Of a stretch of 64,000 nucleotides of DNA, positions 18,465 to 28,165 are shown one piece after another. Source of the DNA: Clostridiales bacterium (GTDB lineage Bacteria; Actinomycetota; Coriobacteriia; Anaerosomatales; SLCP01); contig JAGXSG010000022.1 of the NCBI GenBank assembly GCA_018333995.1, positions 15,699 to 79,698 on the forward strand, given 5' to 3'. Every line of letters begins with the position of its first letter. Within the stretch, counting starts at the first letter, position 1. The translations under genes were made by a program, and so were the position numbers. The notes under the pieces were generated by a model, which was not told the DNA's origin, did not search any database, and was given only the letters and a program-made list of their open reading frames with translations.

Positions 18465-19820
18465 ATGTTTCAGAACCTGAGCGACCGGCTCCAGTCCATC
18501 TTCGCGAACCTTTCTAGCAGAGGCCGCCTCACCGAGTCCGATGTCGACGCCGCGATGCGGGAGATTCGCGTTGCGCTACTCGAAGCCGACGTGAACCTCA
18601 TGGTGGTCAAATCGTTTATCTCCGCCATCCGGGAACGAGCGATCGGCGCCGAGGTGACAGCGTCGCTCACGCCGGGCCAGGTGGTTGTGAGAATCGTGCT
18701 CGAAGAACTCACCACACTTCTTGGCGGAGGTGGTGCGAAGCTCACGCTGACCGGAAGGATTCCCGCGATCGTCATGGTGGTAGGTCTGCAGGGCTCAGGC
18801 AAGACCACGGCCAGCGCCAAGCTCGCGAACCTCCTGCGCAAGCAGGGGCGTCGTCCGATGCTCGTTGCGTGTGACGTCTACCGGCCCGCAGCCATCGATC
18901 AGCTTGAAGCTCTTGGACGTGAGCTCGAGATCCCCGTGTACCGTGGTGAAGGCAGCGATCCCGTCGAGATCGCCGCGCTCGGCGTCAAGGCGGCGGTAGA
19001 ACACTTGAGGGATGTCGTCATCGTGGACACAGCGGGAAGACTCCACGTCGACGAAGAAATGATGGCTGAGGTCGCTCGGATACGTGACACGATCCGACCT
19101 GATCAGATACTCATGGTCGTCGATGCGATGACAGGTCAAGATGCGGTTCTTGCCGCGAGCGCGTTCGCAGAGCGGATCGCCTTCGATGGAGTGATCATCT
19201 CAAAGCTTGACGGTGACGCTCGGGGTGGAGCGGCGCTGTCGGTCAAGAAGGTGACAGGCAAGCCCATCATGTTCGCGAGCGCCGGCGAGAAACTTGACGC
19301 GCTTGAGCAATTCCACCCTGATCGCATGGCCAAGCGAATTCTTGGCATGGGCGACGTGGTGACCCTCATTGAAAAGGCCCAAGAGAACATTGACGCCGAG
19401 GAGGCCGCGAACCTCGAACATCGCCTGAGGACCTCGCAGTTCACGTTCGACGACTTCCTCGCGCAACTTCGCCAGGTCAAGAAGATGGGCGGTCTCGAAA
19501 GTCTTCTCAACATGATGCCTGGCGTCGGCAAGCTCAAAGGACTCGCTGACACTGAGATCGATGAGCGCGGACTTGACCGGACCGCGGCCATTATCCATTC
19601 GATGTCTGCCAAAGAGCGCGCTAATCCCAGGATCATCAACGGGTCACGCCGGGAACGGATCGCAAAGGGCGCCGGCGTGCTAGTCACCGATGTGAACCAG
19701 CTATTGAAACAGTTCGAGCAGACCCGCAAGCTGATGAAGCAGTTTGGTGTTGCCCCCGGGGGAAAGGGTCGCCGCAAAGGGCGGTTCAAATTGCCTCCGG
19801 GCATGAACCCGCCATTCTGA
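18465..19820 (+). CDS. ffh: Signal recognition particle protein Ffh
   Basis: GLQGSGKTTASAKLA, DTAGRLH, Met-rich M domain, basic C-terminus. Confidence 0.96.
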   Translation: MFQNLSDRLQSIFANLSSRGRLTESDVDAAMREIRVALLEADVNLMVVKSFISAIRERAIGAEVTASLTPGQVVVRIVLEELTTLLGGGGAKLTLTGRIPAIVMVVGLQGSGKTTASAKLANLLRKQGRRPMLVACDVYRPAAIDQLEALGRELEIPVYRGEGSDPVEIAALGVKAAVEHLRDVVIVDTAGRLHVDEEMMAEVARIRDTIRPDQILMVVDAMTGQDAVLAASAFAERIAFDGVIISKLDGDARGGAALSVKKVTGKPIMFASAGEKLDALEQFHPDRMAKRILGMGDVVTLIEKAQENIDAEEAANLEHRLRTSQFTFDDFLAQLRQVKKMGGLESLLNMMPGVGKLKGLADTEIDERGLDRTAAIIHSMSAKERANPRIINGSRRERIAKGAGVLVTDVNQLLKQFEQTRKLMKQFGVAPGGKGRRKGRFKLPPGMNPPF

Positions 19821-19855
19821 TGTCTCTCACGTCAGAACCGGAATGGGATTCTTCT

Positions 19856-19884
19856 TTGACCCGGCTCGGGGTATGCAATATCAT
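19856..19884 (+). promoter_or_regulatory. Candidate sigma-70 promoter for the rpsP operon: TTGACC-17 nt-TATCAT
   Basis: Near-consensus -35 and -10 with a 17-nt spacer in the ffh-rpsP gap. Confidence 0.55.
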
Positions 19885-19944
19885 AAGCAGTCGCTTTGTG
19901 TTCCCGTGGTTCGCGCATGCGGCCACCCTATCCGGAGGTGAACG

Positions 19945-20361
19945 TTGGCAGTCAAGATCCGCCTTGCGCGCGCAGGTGCGAAGAAGGCCCCCTTCTACCG
20001 CATCGTCGCTGCTGATTCCCGCTCTCCGCGCGACGGCCGGTTCCTAGAGATCCTCGGCCGATACAACCCGCGCACCGAACCAAGCTTCATCGATCTCGAC
20101 ATCGAGCGCACCGAAGCGTGGGTCGCGAAGGGCGCGCAGATGACCGAGACTGTTGAAAAGCTCTACAAGATCGCTAAGAGCCCCGAGGCACACGCTCCCG
20201 TCAAGGATGAGAAGTTGTCCAAGAAGGCCCAGGCCAAAGCCTTAGCCGAGTCAGAAGCCGCTGCTAAAGCCGCTGAGGAGCAAGCGCAGGTGCCAGACGC
20301 TGCCGCGACCGAAGGCGAAGCGAGTGACGCGCCATCCGCCGCTGACGCCAAGTCCGAGTAG
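19945..20361 (+). CDS. rpsP: 30S ribosomal protein S16 with an Ala/Glu/Lys-rich C-terminal tail
   Basis: TTG start after SD GGAGGTG (19934-19940). [20 protein letters not shown]. About 55 aa of low-complexity tail. Confidence 0.93.
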   Translation: MAVKIRLARAGAKKAPFYRIVAADSRSPRDGRFLEILGRYNPRTEPSFIDLDIERTEAWVAKGAQMTETVEKLYKIAKSPEAHAPVKDEKLSKKAQAKALAESEAAAKAAEEQAQVPDAAATEGEASDAPSAADAKSE

Positions 20362-20369
20362 GGCGGTCG

Positions 20370-20624
20370 ATGCGCATGTCCCCCTCGGCTGACCCGGAGG
20401 CCCTGGTACGCTACCTCGTGACCTCTCTTGTGGACGACGTCGACGCTGTCGTCATAGCGAAGAAGATCTCTGGCACGTCGACAACGTACGAGGTATCAGT
20501 CAACCCCGATGACGTCGGTAAGGTGATCGGACGACAGGGCAGGATCATCAAAGCGATTCGCACCCTGGTCAGGGCCGCCGCTAGTGTCGACGGTGCTCAC
20601 GTCGACGTGGAGGTCTTGGGGTAA
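20370..20624 (+). CDS. KH-domain RNA-binding protein (YlqC family)
   Basis: 84 aa. GKVIGRQGRIIKAIRTL KH GxxG loop. Conserved position between rpsP and rimM. Confidence 0.85.
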   Translation: MRMSPSADPEALVRYLVTSLVDDVDAVVIAKKISGTSTTYEVSVNPDDVGKVIGRQGRIIKAIRTLVRAAASVDGAHVDVEVLG

Positions 20625-20629
20625 CGGGC

Positions 20630-21148
20630 ATGTGCGACACCCCATTCGTCCCCGTCGCTCGCGTCGTCAGGGTCCACGGTACCCGGGGGGAGCTTTCAGT
20701 AGCACCGCTTGGCAAATGGCCCGTCGAATCGCTGCTGGGCACGGAGGTATGGTTCGTGCCGCCAGCGTCCGGTCCGCGATACGGCGCCATCGAAGCGATA
20801 CGCCCCGGTCCAAAGGGCCCGCTTGTCAAGGTGTCCGGGATCAGCGACCGCTCGACGGCCGAGGCGCTACGTGGCCGCACTCTTGTCGCCCGTCCGGAGC
20901 AACTGCCGGCGGGATTTTCAGAACCGCCGCTCGATTTGGTGGGGTTCTCCGTCTTCGATGAGAAGCGCGGACTCTTAGGCGTAGTCACCGGGATCATCCA
21001 TACCGGTGCTAATGATGTGTGGGTGGTTGCGGGCGAGAGGTATGGCGAAGTCCTGCTCCCCGTAATCACAGACGTGGTGCTTGAAGTTCGCCCCGACTTA
21101 CGCTCGGCGCGAGTCCGTCTGCTCGAAGGTCTGATTGACGAGGGCTGA
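20630..21148 (+). CDS. rimM: 16S rRNA processing protein RimM
   Basis: 172 aa. VARVVRVHGTRGEL N-terminal beta-barrel motif and a PRC barrel C-terminus. Located between the KH gene and trmD. Confidence 0.9.
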   Translation: MCDTPFVPVARVVRVHGTRGELSVAPLGKWPVESLLGTEVWFVPPASGPRYGAIEAIRPGPKGPLVKVSGISDRSTAEALRGRTLVARPEQLPAGFSEPPLDLVGFSVFDEKRGLLGVVTGIIHTGANDVWVVAGERYGEVLLPVITDVVLEVRPDLRSARVRLLEGLIDEG

Positions 21149-21151
21149 ATT

Positions 21152-21892
21152 GTGGTCATCGACATCATCACCATCTTCCCGGAGATGTTCGATTCCCCGA
21201 TGTCCGCATCGATGATCGGAATCGCCCGTGACCGCGGGCACCTTGACTTACGCGTCCACGATCTTCGTGATTACGCTTTCGACCGGCACCGCTCCACCGA
21301 TGACTATCCGTATGGCGGCGGTCCGGGCATGGTCATGAAGCCCGAGCCCCTCTTCGCCGCTGTTCACGCGGTTGAATCCATGCCGCCCGGAGACGGGACC
21401 ATCGTGTTCTTGACCCCGGGAGGGACGCCGTTTAACCAGGAAATCGCGCTCGGCCTGTCCACACGCAAACGTCTGATTCTCGTATGTGGCAGGTACGAAG
21501 GGTTCGATGAGCGCGCACTCTCACTTGCCGGTATGGCGCTGTCCATAGGCGATTATGTGACCACCGGAGGGGAACTGCCCGCGATGGTCGTTGTCGACGC
21601 CGTCACACGCCTTTTGCCAGGCGTTCTAGGCGACGAATCGTCCATCACAGACGAGTCGTTCTCTCACGGACTGTTAGAGTATCCTCAATACACCCGTCCC
21701 GAGGTGTTCGAAGGGATGAGCGTGCCCGGCGTGCTGCTCAGCGGCGATCACGCGAAAATCGCCCGTTTTCGCAGGGAGCAGGCGATAATACGAACCGCGC
21801 GAGTCCGGCCCGACCTCATTGAGTCCGCACGGCTGACTGACGACGAACGCCGCCTCGCCGAGGCGGCTCGAAAGGAGAGTAGCAGTGAGTGA
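21152..21892 (+). CDS. trmD: tRNA (guanine37-N1)-methyltransferase TrmD
   Basis: [30 protein letters not shown]. Confidence 0.95.
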   Translation: MVIDIITIFPEMFDSPMSASMIGIARDRGHLDLRVHDLRDYAFDRHRSTDDYPYGGGPGMVMKPEPLFAAVHAVESMPPGDGTIVFLTPGGTPFNQEIALGLSTRKRLILVCGRYEGFDERALSLAGMALSIGDYVTTGGELPAMVVVDAVTRLLPGVLGDESSITDESFSHGLLEYPQYTRPEVFEGMSVPGVLLSGDHAKIARFRREQAIIRTARVRPDLIESARLTDDERRLAEAARKESSSE

Positions 21893-22526
21893 CGTGGAGC
21901 CGGTACGCGGTGCGTCGCCGGATGCGCGAGGGGACGCTGTTCCTGGCGCGGACGGTCACGTGCCGCAAGCCCCCATCACCGTTGAAGGGCAGCAGACCAA
22001 GAGTCCGAGTTTTGTGCGCTGGCTACTGGAGACCGCGATCATGGTCGCCCTCGCGTTCCTCTTGGCGCAGGGCATCAAGACCTTTGTCGTACAGCCCTTC
22101 GTCATACCCACAGGCTCCATGGAACCCACGATCATGTCGGGAGATCGTGTCCTGGCCGAGAAGATCACCTACCGGTTCCGAAATGTGCAACCGGGCGACA
22201 TCGTTGTGTTCGACGATCCTACCGGACGCCATCCGCAACTCATCAAGCGAGTGATAGCCGTAAGCGGCCAGACGCTCGACATCAATAATGGAAAGGTGTA
22301 CGTGGACGGTGAGCGTCTCGATGAGCCGTACCTCGATGGAGTGACCACCGAGCCGGGCAACCTCTTGATGCCCGTGACGCTCGCCGACAACGAGTACTGG
22401 CTGATGGGGGACAACCGGCCCAACAGCGGGGACAGCCGCTTCATGGGGCCTGTCGACCGGGAGTTCATCCAGGGCAGAGGATTCGCGATCTACTGGCCGC
22501 TCGACAGAATCGGCCCACTTCGATAG
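21885..22526 (+). CDS. lepB: Signal peptidase I (copy 2)
   Basis: TM segment, [14 protein letters not shown] Ser box, [10 protein letters not shown] Lys box, [15 protein letters not shown]. Overlaps the trmD end by 8 nt. Confidence 0.88.
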   Translation: MSDVEPVRGASPDARGDAVPGADGHVPQAPITVEGQQTKSPSFVRWLLETAIMVALAFLLAQGIKTFVVQPFVIPTGSMEPTIMSGDRVLAEKITYRFRNVQPGDIVVFDDPTGRHPQLIKRVIAVSGQTLDINNGKVYVDGERLDEPYLDGVTTEPGNLLMPVTLADNEYWLMGDNRPNSGDSRFMGPVDREFIQGRGFAIYWPLDRIGPLR

Positions 22527-22572
22527 CGTGTCGGCTCACCACGAATCGGCGAGCCTATACCAACTGGACGTG

Positions 22573-22601
22573 TTGCATCGGCATCTATGCGCCGCTATAG
22601 T
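22573..22601 (+). promoter_or_regulatory. Candidate sigma-70 promoter for rplS: TTGCAT-17 nt-TATAGT
   Basis: Good -35/-10 pair with a 17-nt spacer. A second extended -10 TGgTAGACA lies at 22626-22634. Confidence 0.55.
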
Positions 22602-22662
22602 ACACACTTGCGCCTGGGGCGCGCCTGGTAGACAGAGATAGACGAACCGTAAGGGAATTCCG

Positions 22663-23007
22663 ATGAACATCATCCGAGCGATCGAGCAGCAACAAATTCG
22701 AGACGACCTGCCCGAGTTTCAGGTCGGTGACAATGTCAAAGTGCACTACCGCGTAGTGGAAGGCACCCGTGAGCGCGTCCAGGTCTTCCAGGGCGTCGTG
22801 ATCCGGCGTCACGGTTCGAGTAACCGCGAGACGTTCACCGTTCGAAAGATTTCCTTCAGTGTGGGTGTCGAGCGCACGTTTCCCGTCCACTCGCCAAAGA
22901 TCATGCAGGTCGAAATTGTCGGCCGGGGCAAGGTTCGCCGCTCGAAGCTGTATTTCCTTCGAGATAAGATCGGCAAAGCCGCCCGGCTCAAGGAGAAGGC
23001 GTACTGA
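22663..23007 (+). CDS. rplS: 50S ribosomal protein L19
   Basis: [29 protein letters not shown] and RRSKLYFLR are typical L19 sequence. Confidence 0.96.
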   Translation: MNIIRAIEQQQIRDDLPEFQVGDNVKVHYRVVEGTRERVQVFQGVVIRRHGSSNRETFTVRKISFSVGVERTFPVHSPKIMQVEIVGRGKVRRSKLYFLRDKIGKAARLKEKAY

Positions 23008-23031
23008 TCGCGATGTGATCACGAGTTTCAC

Positions 23032-23061
23032 AAAACGGCCCCGGATTACCGGGGCCGTTTT
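23032..23061 (+). terminator. Intrinsic terminator after rplS
   Basis: AAAA-CGGCCCCGG-atta-CCGGGGCCG-TTTT. 9-bp GC stem, 4-nt loop, flanking A and T tracts (could work in both directions). Confidence 0.75.
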
Positions 23062-23088
23062 GTCTCGGCCCTGACGAAGGGGTGCGGT

Positions 23089-23865
23089 GTGCGGATCGGT
23101 GTAACCGAGTGCAAGGCATTGCTTGCGGCCGCCCGCGGTCAAGAGCTGGAAGCTCTCATCGAGGAGTTCGCTAGCGATCCTCGGATAAGTGTGAAGCGGC
23201 ATGTCGAGGCTGCTCGGCGGCGCCGCGATTCCCAGATGCGCGAGCGAGCCCGTCTGCACGCCCTTGGCCAACTCGAGCGCTCGCTACGAGACCAAGGCTT
23301 CACCGCTGTGGCGGGAGTCGATGAGGTCGGCCGGGGCGCCCTTGCTGGACCAGTCACGGTCGCGGCCGTCATCCTTCCTCCGAACGTGATCATCGATGGA
23401 CTCGATGACTCCAAGGCGCTTGATCCCCGAGTGAGGGAGCGCGTCGCCACAGACGTCAGCAAGGTCGCGGTGAGTCTTTGTGTCACTCATGTAGCAGCAC
23501 ACGTGATCGACGCGCTCGGAATCACTGTAGCGATCCGCCGTGGCATCGAGCGCGCTTTGGCGGCGCTCGAGCCCGCTCCAGATCACGCGTTGACCGATGG
23601 ACACGCCTTCGGCCTCGACCTTGCCGAGACAAACGTGTTTAAGGGCGACTCCAAGGTTGCCGCTATCGCCGCCGCGTCGATTGTCGCCAAAGTCGCCCGC
23701 GACCAAGTCATGCAACGACTCGAACAGGTGTATCCGGAGTGGGAACTTGGGGTCAACAAGGGTTACGGAACACCGGGGCACCTTGCGGCGATCCGCTCCT
23801 GCGGGGTTACGCCCGTTCATCGCCGCTCCTTCGCACCGTGCTCACGTGACTTGACCCTCTTTTAG
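23089..23865 (+). CDS. rnhB: Ribonuclease HII (with a Bacillus-type N-terminal extension)
   Basis: GVDEVGRGALAGPV, DDSKAL, GYGT. About 75 aa of N-terminal extension, as in Bacillus RnhB. Confidence 0.92.
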   Translation: MRIGVTECKALLAAARGQELEALIEEFASDPRISVKRHVEAARRRRDSQMRERARLHALGQLERSLRDQGFTAVAGVDEVGRGALAGPVTVAAVILPPNVIIDGLDDSKALDPRVRERVATDVSKVAVSLCVTHVAAHVIDALGITVAIRRGIERALAALEPAPDHALTDGHAFGLDLAETNVFKGDSKVAAIAAASIVAKVARDQVMQRLEQVYPEWELGVNKGYGTPGHLAAIRSCGVTPVHRRSFAPCSRDLTLF

Positions 23866-24016
23866 ACTCCAGGACGCCACGCATCCCGCCGCCAAGAAAG
23901 CACCATCTTTCGGCGCATCGGTATCGAACCTCAGGACTTCTCGGTCAGACCATGGATAGAAATGGTTTGACACCCGTGTGCCACCATGTGTCCGCCTGCG
24001 GTGAGAGGAGGATTCC

Positions 24017-24376
24017 ATGGATCGTAATGAAATGGCTCGAAGGGGTGAGGACGCGGCGGCAGCGTACCTCGAACGGACCGGAATGACTGTTGTGGAGCGG
24101 AACTGGCGGTGTACGTCAGGTGAGGCCGACATCATCGGACTTGACGCTGATGAGCTCGTAATAGTCGAGGTCAAGACGCGGCGGAGCCTAAATGCGGGAA
24201 CCGCCGAAGAGGCGGTCTCCGAAAACAAGCAGCGACGTCTTGCGCGCGTTGCGCGCCATTATGTTGCGAAAGCCGGGCTCGACACATGCCCAGTCCGATT
24301 CGACGTGATCGCGATCTACCCGATCGCCGAGGATCGCGCGGTGCTCAGGCATCATCGCGCCGCGTTCACGCTGTGA
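24017..24376 (+). CDS. yraN: YraN family (UPF0102) endonuclease-like protein
   Basis: 119 aa. GEADIIG...VIVEVKTR PD-(D/E)xK-like core. SD GAGAGGAGG upstream. Confidence 0.88.
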   Translation: MDRNEMARRGEDAAAAYLERTGMTVVERNWRCTSGEADIIGLDADELVIVEVKTRRSLNAGTAEEAVSENKQRRLARVARHYVAKAGLDTCPVRFDVIAIYPIAEDRAVLRHHRAAFTL

Positions 24377-25866
24377 AGGCGTCACTGACCGGACAAGCGT
24401 GTGTCGGAACCTCCACACTCGTTGGCACGCAAGCGGTACCCGTGGAGGTTCAGATCGACGTCGCGTGCGGACTGCCCGCGTTTACCATCGTCGGTCTCGG
24501 AGATGCGGCGGTACTTGAAGCGAGAGAGCGTGTCCGGGCGGCTATCCGGGCCAGCGGCTATACCTTTCCCAACGCGCGAGTGGTCGTCAACCTCGCCCCC
24601 GGGCCGCTCCGCAAGCATGGGACTGGATTCGACTTGCCTATCGCACTCGCGCTTCTCGTCGCTACCGGCCAGATTCCCGCTGAGTTGATGGAACAACACC
24701 GGGCCGTCGGAGAGGTGGCGCTCGACGGAAGTGTGCGGTGCGTTCCCGGAATGCTCGCTCACGGACTGGCTTCCGTTGCTGATGGACACGCTCTTTTCGG
24801 TCCGTGCCAGGCGGCTGACGCGCTCAGAACCCTCGGGGGATTGCGCTACCGGCCTCTTGAGTCACTGCGCTCAATACTCGGCGACCGGACTGAGAAAGCG
24901 CCCCAAAATCGTCACAAACCCGCGTTTCCTGAGCCTGACCTCAGCGACGTGGCCGGGCACACCCTTGCCAAGCGCGCGTTGGAAATCGCGGCTGCCGGTG
25001 GGCACAACCTGTTGCTCAGTGGCCCGCCGGGTTCCGGCAAGACGATGCTTGCCCGGCGTCTTCCCGGCATTCTCCCGCCGCTCGATGACGAGGAGCGAGT
25101 TGAATCAGCCGTTGTCCATTCGGTTGCCGGACTCGACGAACTGCCGATCCTCTCTGGCAGTCGACCGTTCAGAGCGCCCCATCACAGCGCTTCGATCGCG
25201 GGACTGGTTGGGGGTGGGGCACCCCCTCGACCTGGCGAGGTGAGTCTTGCCCACAATGGTGTGCTCTTCCTCGACGAGCTGCCGGAGTTTGGTCCTTCGT
25301 CCCTGCAGACGTTGCGTCAGCCGATGGAAGACGGCCGGATCGTTCTCGTTCGCGCTGAGGGCAGAGTGAGCTTTCCCGCACGCTTCTCTCTCGTGGGTGC
25401 GGCAAATCCGTGTCCGTGCGGTTATCTGGGCGATCCCGTACGACACTGCACGTGCACGCATGCGGTTGTCACCCGGTATCGCAATCGGGTCGGCGGTCCG
25501 CTCATGGACCGGATCGATCTTGCCCTCGACGTTGAGCGCATCGAGCCTGAGTTGATTGTCCGGATGGCTACCGGAGAGGACAGCTCGAGTGTTGCTGCGC
25601 GTGTCCGGCAGGCACTGGAGGTCGCTAGCGCACAAGGTCGTTCCCGCAACGCCGTGCTGAGCGGAGCTGCGTTGATCGACGCGTGCCGCATGAGTCCCGG
25701 GGTCGCCGATGTCGTCTCTATGCTTGCCAGATCGTGCCATCTGTCTGGCCGGGGAGTCACTCGACTGTTGCGTGTCGCTCGCACGATCGCCGATCTCGAT
25801 CAAGCGAGCGCTGTACAGAAGCATCACGTTATCGAAGCGGTCAGCTACCGGAAGCAGGAATCGTGA
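24373..25866 (+). CDS. comM: YifB/ComM family Mg-chelatase-like AAA+ ATPase
   Basis: GTG 24373 overlaps the yraN stop (GTGA). Lon-like N domain, Walker A GPPGSGKTML, LFLDELPEF, C-terminal ChlI-type region. Confidence 0.92.
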   Translation: MKASLTGQACVGTSTLVGTQAVPVEVQIDVACGLPAFTIVGLGDAAVLEARERVRAAIRASGYTFPNARVVVNLAPGPLRKHGTGFDLPIALALLVATGQIPAELMEQHRAVGEVALDGSVRCVPGMLAHGLASVADGHALFGPCQAADALRTLGGLRYRPLESLRSILGDRTEKAPQNRHKPAFPEPDLSDVAGHTLAKRALEIAAAGGHNLLLSGPPGSGKTMLARRLPGILPPLDDEERVESAVVHSVAGLDELPILSGSRPFRAPHHSASIAGLVGGGAPPRPGEVSLAHNGVLFLDELPEFGPSSLQTLRQPMEDGRIVLVRAEGRVSFPARFSLVGAANPCPCGYLGDPVRHCTCTHAVVTRYRNRVGGPLMDRIDLALDVERIEPELIVRMATGEDSSSVAARVRQALEVASAQGRSRNAVLSGAALIDACRMSPGVADVVSMLARSCHLSGRGVTRLLRVARTIADLDQASAVQKHHVIEAVSYRKQES

Positions 25867-26726
25867 AGGAGAAGGCCGGACAACAGTGGGAGATTGAACG
25901 AGGCGCGCCTGGATATCCTTCGGCACTTGAGGACCTGTCCGATCCCCCGGCGCGCCTCTACGGTTTCGGGAACCCTGCGCTCATGTCCACCGATTCCCTC
26001 GCCATCGTTGGCGCCCGCCGAGCAACGCCGTACGGCCTTGCATGCACGCGTCTTTTCGCTGGCTGGTCTGCCTCCCGAGGAATCACCGTGGTCTCGGGTG
26101 CCGCCATTGGGTGTGACTGTGCGGCCCATGAAGCGGCGCTCGCGTCTAACGGCCCGACGGTCGCTGTCCTGCCATGCGGTGCGGACGTCAATTACCCTCC
26201 GTCAGCATATGGCTTGCTCTCGTTGTTGAGAGTCCATGCGGTGGTGGTCTCGGAGTTCCCGTGGAATGCGCCACCAGCTCGTTGGACCTTCGTCAAACGC
26301 AACCGCTTGATCGCGGCTCTGGGTCGAGCACTCCTTGTAACCGAGGCTGGCCTGCCAAGTGGAACATTTACCACCGCCGACTTTGCGCTAGAGCTTGGAA
26401 GGGATGTCTTCGCCGTACCAGGATCGATTCTTTCGCCAGAGTCGCGCGGGTCAAATCGACTGATCAGCCAGGGCGCGCAGCCGATGACCGACGTGTCTGA
26501 GTTAGCGGGGGCGCTCGGTCGCGAAACCATACCGGAGACCTTTGCGGCGGTCAGCGGCAACCAGATCCTCTCTGCGCTGAGAGCCACTCCGATGCGGCCA
26601 GACGATATCGCTCGCGAGTGCGTGATGGACATCATCGAGGTTGTTCACGCGATTACCCTCCTGGAACTCAAAGGCTCGATCAAGCGTTACCCCGACGGAC
26701 GTTACGGGGCAGTGAAGGTGACGTGA
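25863..26726 (+). CDS. dprA: DNA processing protein DprA (Smf)
   Basis: GTG 25863 overlaps the comM stop (GTGA). IVGARRATPYG, SGAAIGCD, SGTFTTADFALELGRDVFAVPG Rossmann-like DprA core. Confidence 0.9.
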   Translation: MKEKAGQQWEIERGAPGYPSALEDLSDPPARLYGFGNPALMSTDSLAIVGARRATPYGLACTRLFAGWSASRGITVVSGAAIGCDCAAHEAALASNGPTVAVLPCGADVNYPPSAYGLLSLLRVHAVVVSEFPWNAPPARWTFVKRNRLIAALGRALLVTEAGLPSGTFTTADFALELGRDVFAVPGSILSPESRGSNRLISQGAQPMTDVSELAGALGRETIPETFAAVSGNQILSALRATPMRPDDIARECVMDIIEVVHAITLLELKGSIKRYPDGRYGAVKVT

Positions 26727-26800
26727 AAATCCGGCCGTCGGCGAGTGTAGGGGCGGTACAATCAAGGTGAGCCTGTTCAACGACACTCAATGGAGGGCAT

Positions 26801-28165
26801 TTGATGGGGTCGGCCGAGAGAGTTACCGTGATCGGCGGCGGTCTTGCCGGTACCGAGGCCGCGCTCCAGCTAGCCGATCACGACTTCCGCGTCCGCCTTT
26901 ACGAGATGCGGCCCCACGTCTCCGGACCGGCGCACTGCACCGATGCCCTCGCTGAGCTTGTGTGCTCAAACTCTTTCAAGGGTACCTGCCCAGCGACCGC
27001 CAGTGGCGCGCTAAAATCAGAACTTACCTCCCTCGGTTCCCACCTGATGAGAGCCGCCGAGCAAACACGCGTGCCAGCAGGTGCCGCACTCGCAGTCGAC
27101 CGTCAGCGCTTCTCGCGCCTCCTCACTGAGATGGTCTCGGATCATCCTTCGATAGAACTCATCCGGGAAGAGGTGACAACTATTCCAACGAACGGCCCTG
27201 TCATCGTAGCTACCGGCCCGCTCACTTCACCCGCGCTCGAGACAGTGCTTGGCGACTTGATCGGAAGAGAGCGTCTTGCGTTCTATGACGCCGCCGCCCC
27301 CATCGTCGATGGTGAGTCGATCGATCGTGAACGTGTCTTCGCCGCTTCTCGCTACGGAAAGGGCGGCGGGGCCGATTACCTCAACTGCCCCATGAACCGC
27401 GATGAGTACGAGCGCTTCATATCCGAGCTCGTCTCCGCAAAGCAGGTCGTGAAGAAAAAGTTCGAGACCGCTGATCTTTTCCAGGCGTGTCAGCCGGTGG
27501 AGGAGGTTGCTCGCCGAGGAGTGGACGCGCTTCGATTCGGCCCGCTAAAACCGGTCGGCCTCATCGACCCCGTTAGCGGCATGCGCCCATGGGCCGTTGT
27601 CCAGCTGCGCCCCGAGAACACCGCGGGCACCGCGTACAACATCGTCGGGTTTCAGACAAACCTCACCTTCCCCGAGCAGCGCAGCATCTTCTCGCGCATT
27701 CCCGGGCTCGGGCGAGCCGAGTTCCTCCGTTTTGGGGTGATGCACCGCAACACGTTCGTTGACGCGCCGCGCCTCCTTACCAAGACCCTCGCGTTACGCG
27801 CCGAGCCACGCATACGACTCGCTGGCCAGATTACTGGTACTGAGGGCTATCTCGAAGCCGCCGCGAGCGGCCTGATCGCCGCACTCAATATCACGGCCGA
27901 GCGCGACGGTCACCCGCCAGTAGTACTCCCAGCAACCACTGCGCTTGGCGCACTTCTCGAGTACGCTACGAATGAGGACACCGCACCCTACCAGCCCATG
28001 CACGTCAACTGGGGCCTCGTGCCACCTCTCGATCCGCCGGTCAGAGGCAAGCGTGAGCGCTACGCCATGTACGGGAAGCGAGCCCGCGACGATTTCGACC
28101 TGTGGCGCGCTGGGCATTCACTCTTTGAAACCGCCGCTATTGCCCCTGGAGAACAGAGTGCATGA
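26801..28165 (+). CDS. trmFO: Methylenetetrahydrofolate-tRNA-(uracil54-C5)-methyltransferase TrmFO
   Basis: VIGGGLAGTEAA FAD fold, YEMRP, ELVCSNS, GQITGTEGYLEAAASG. ATG 26804 is an alternative start. Confidence 0.93.
   Translation: MMGSAERVTVIGGGLAGTEAALQLADHDFRVRLYEMRPHVSGPAHCTDALAELVCSNSFKGTCPATASGALKSELTSLGSHLMRAAEQTRVPAGAALAVDRQRFSRLLTEMVSDHPSIELIREEVTTIPTNGPVIVATGPLTSPALETVLGDLIGRERLAFYDAAAPIVDGESIDRERVFAASRYGKGGGADYLNCPMNRDEYERFISELVSAKQVVKKKFETADLFQACQPVEEVARRGVDALRFGPLKPVGLIDPVSGMRPWAVVQLRPENTAGTAYNIVGFQTNLTFPEQRSIFSRIPGLGRAEFLRFGVMHRNTFVDAPRLLTKTLALRAEPRIRLAGQITGTEGYLEAAASGLIAALNITAERDGHPPVVLPATTALGALLEYATNEDTAPYQPMHVNWGLVPPLDPPVRGKRERYAMYGKRARDDFDLWRAGHSLFETAAIAPGEQSA

Noticed and set aside
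20180-20361. Ala/Glu/Lys-rich C-terminal tail of S16. The E/A/R-rich repeats in the IF-2 N-terminus (about 44700-45250) raised the same question of repeat elements or a separate gene.
   Set aside because: Both are in frame with the conserved domains. Such low-complexity extensions of S16 and IF-2 are well known in high-GC Gram-positives. They are not nucleotide-level tandem repeats.
23925-23960. tRNA-like T-arm string (GGTATCGAACC) in the rnhB-yraN gap.
   Set aside because: I could not build an acceptor stem, anticodon arm or D-arm around it on either strand, and the gap is not otherwise tRNA-like.
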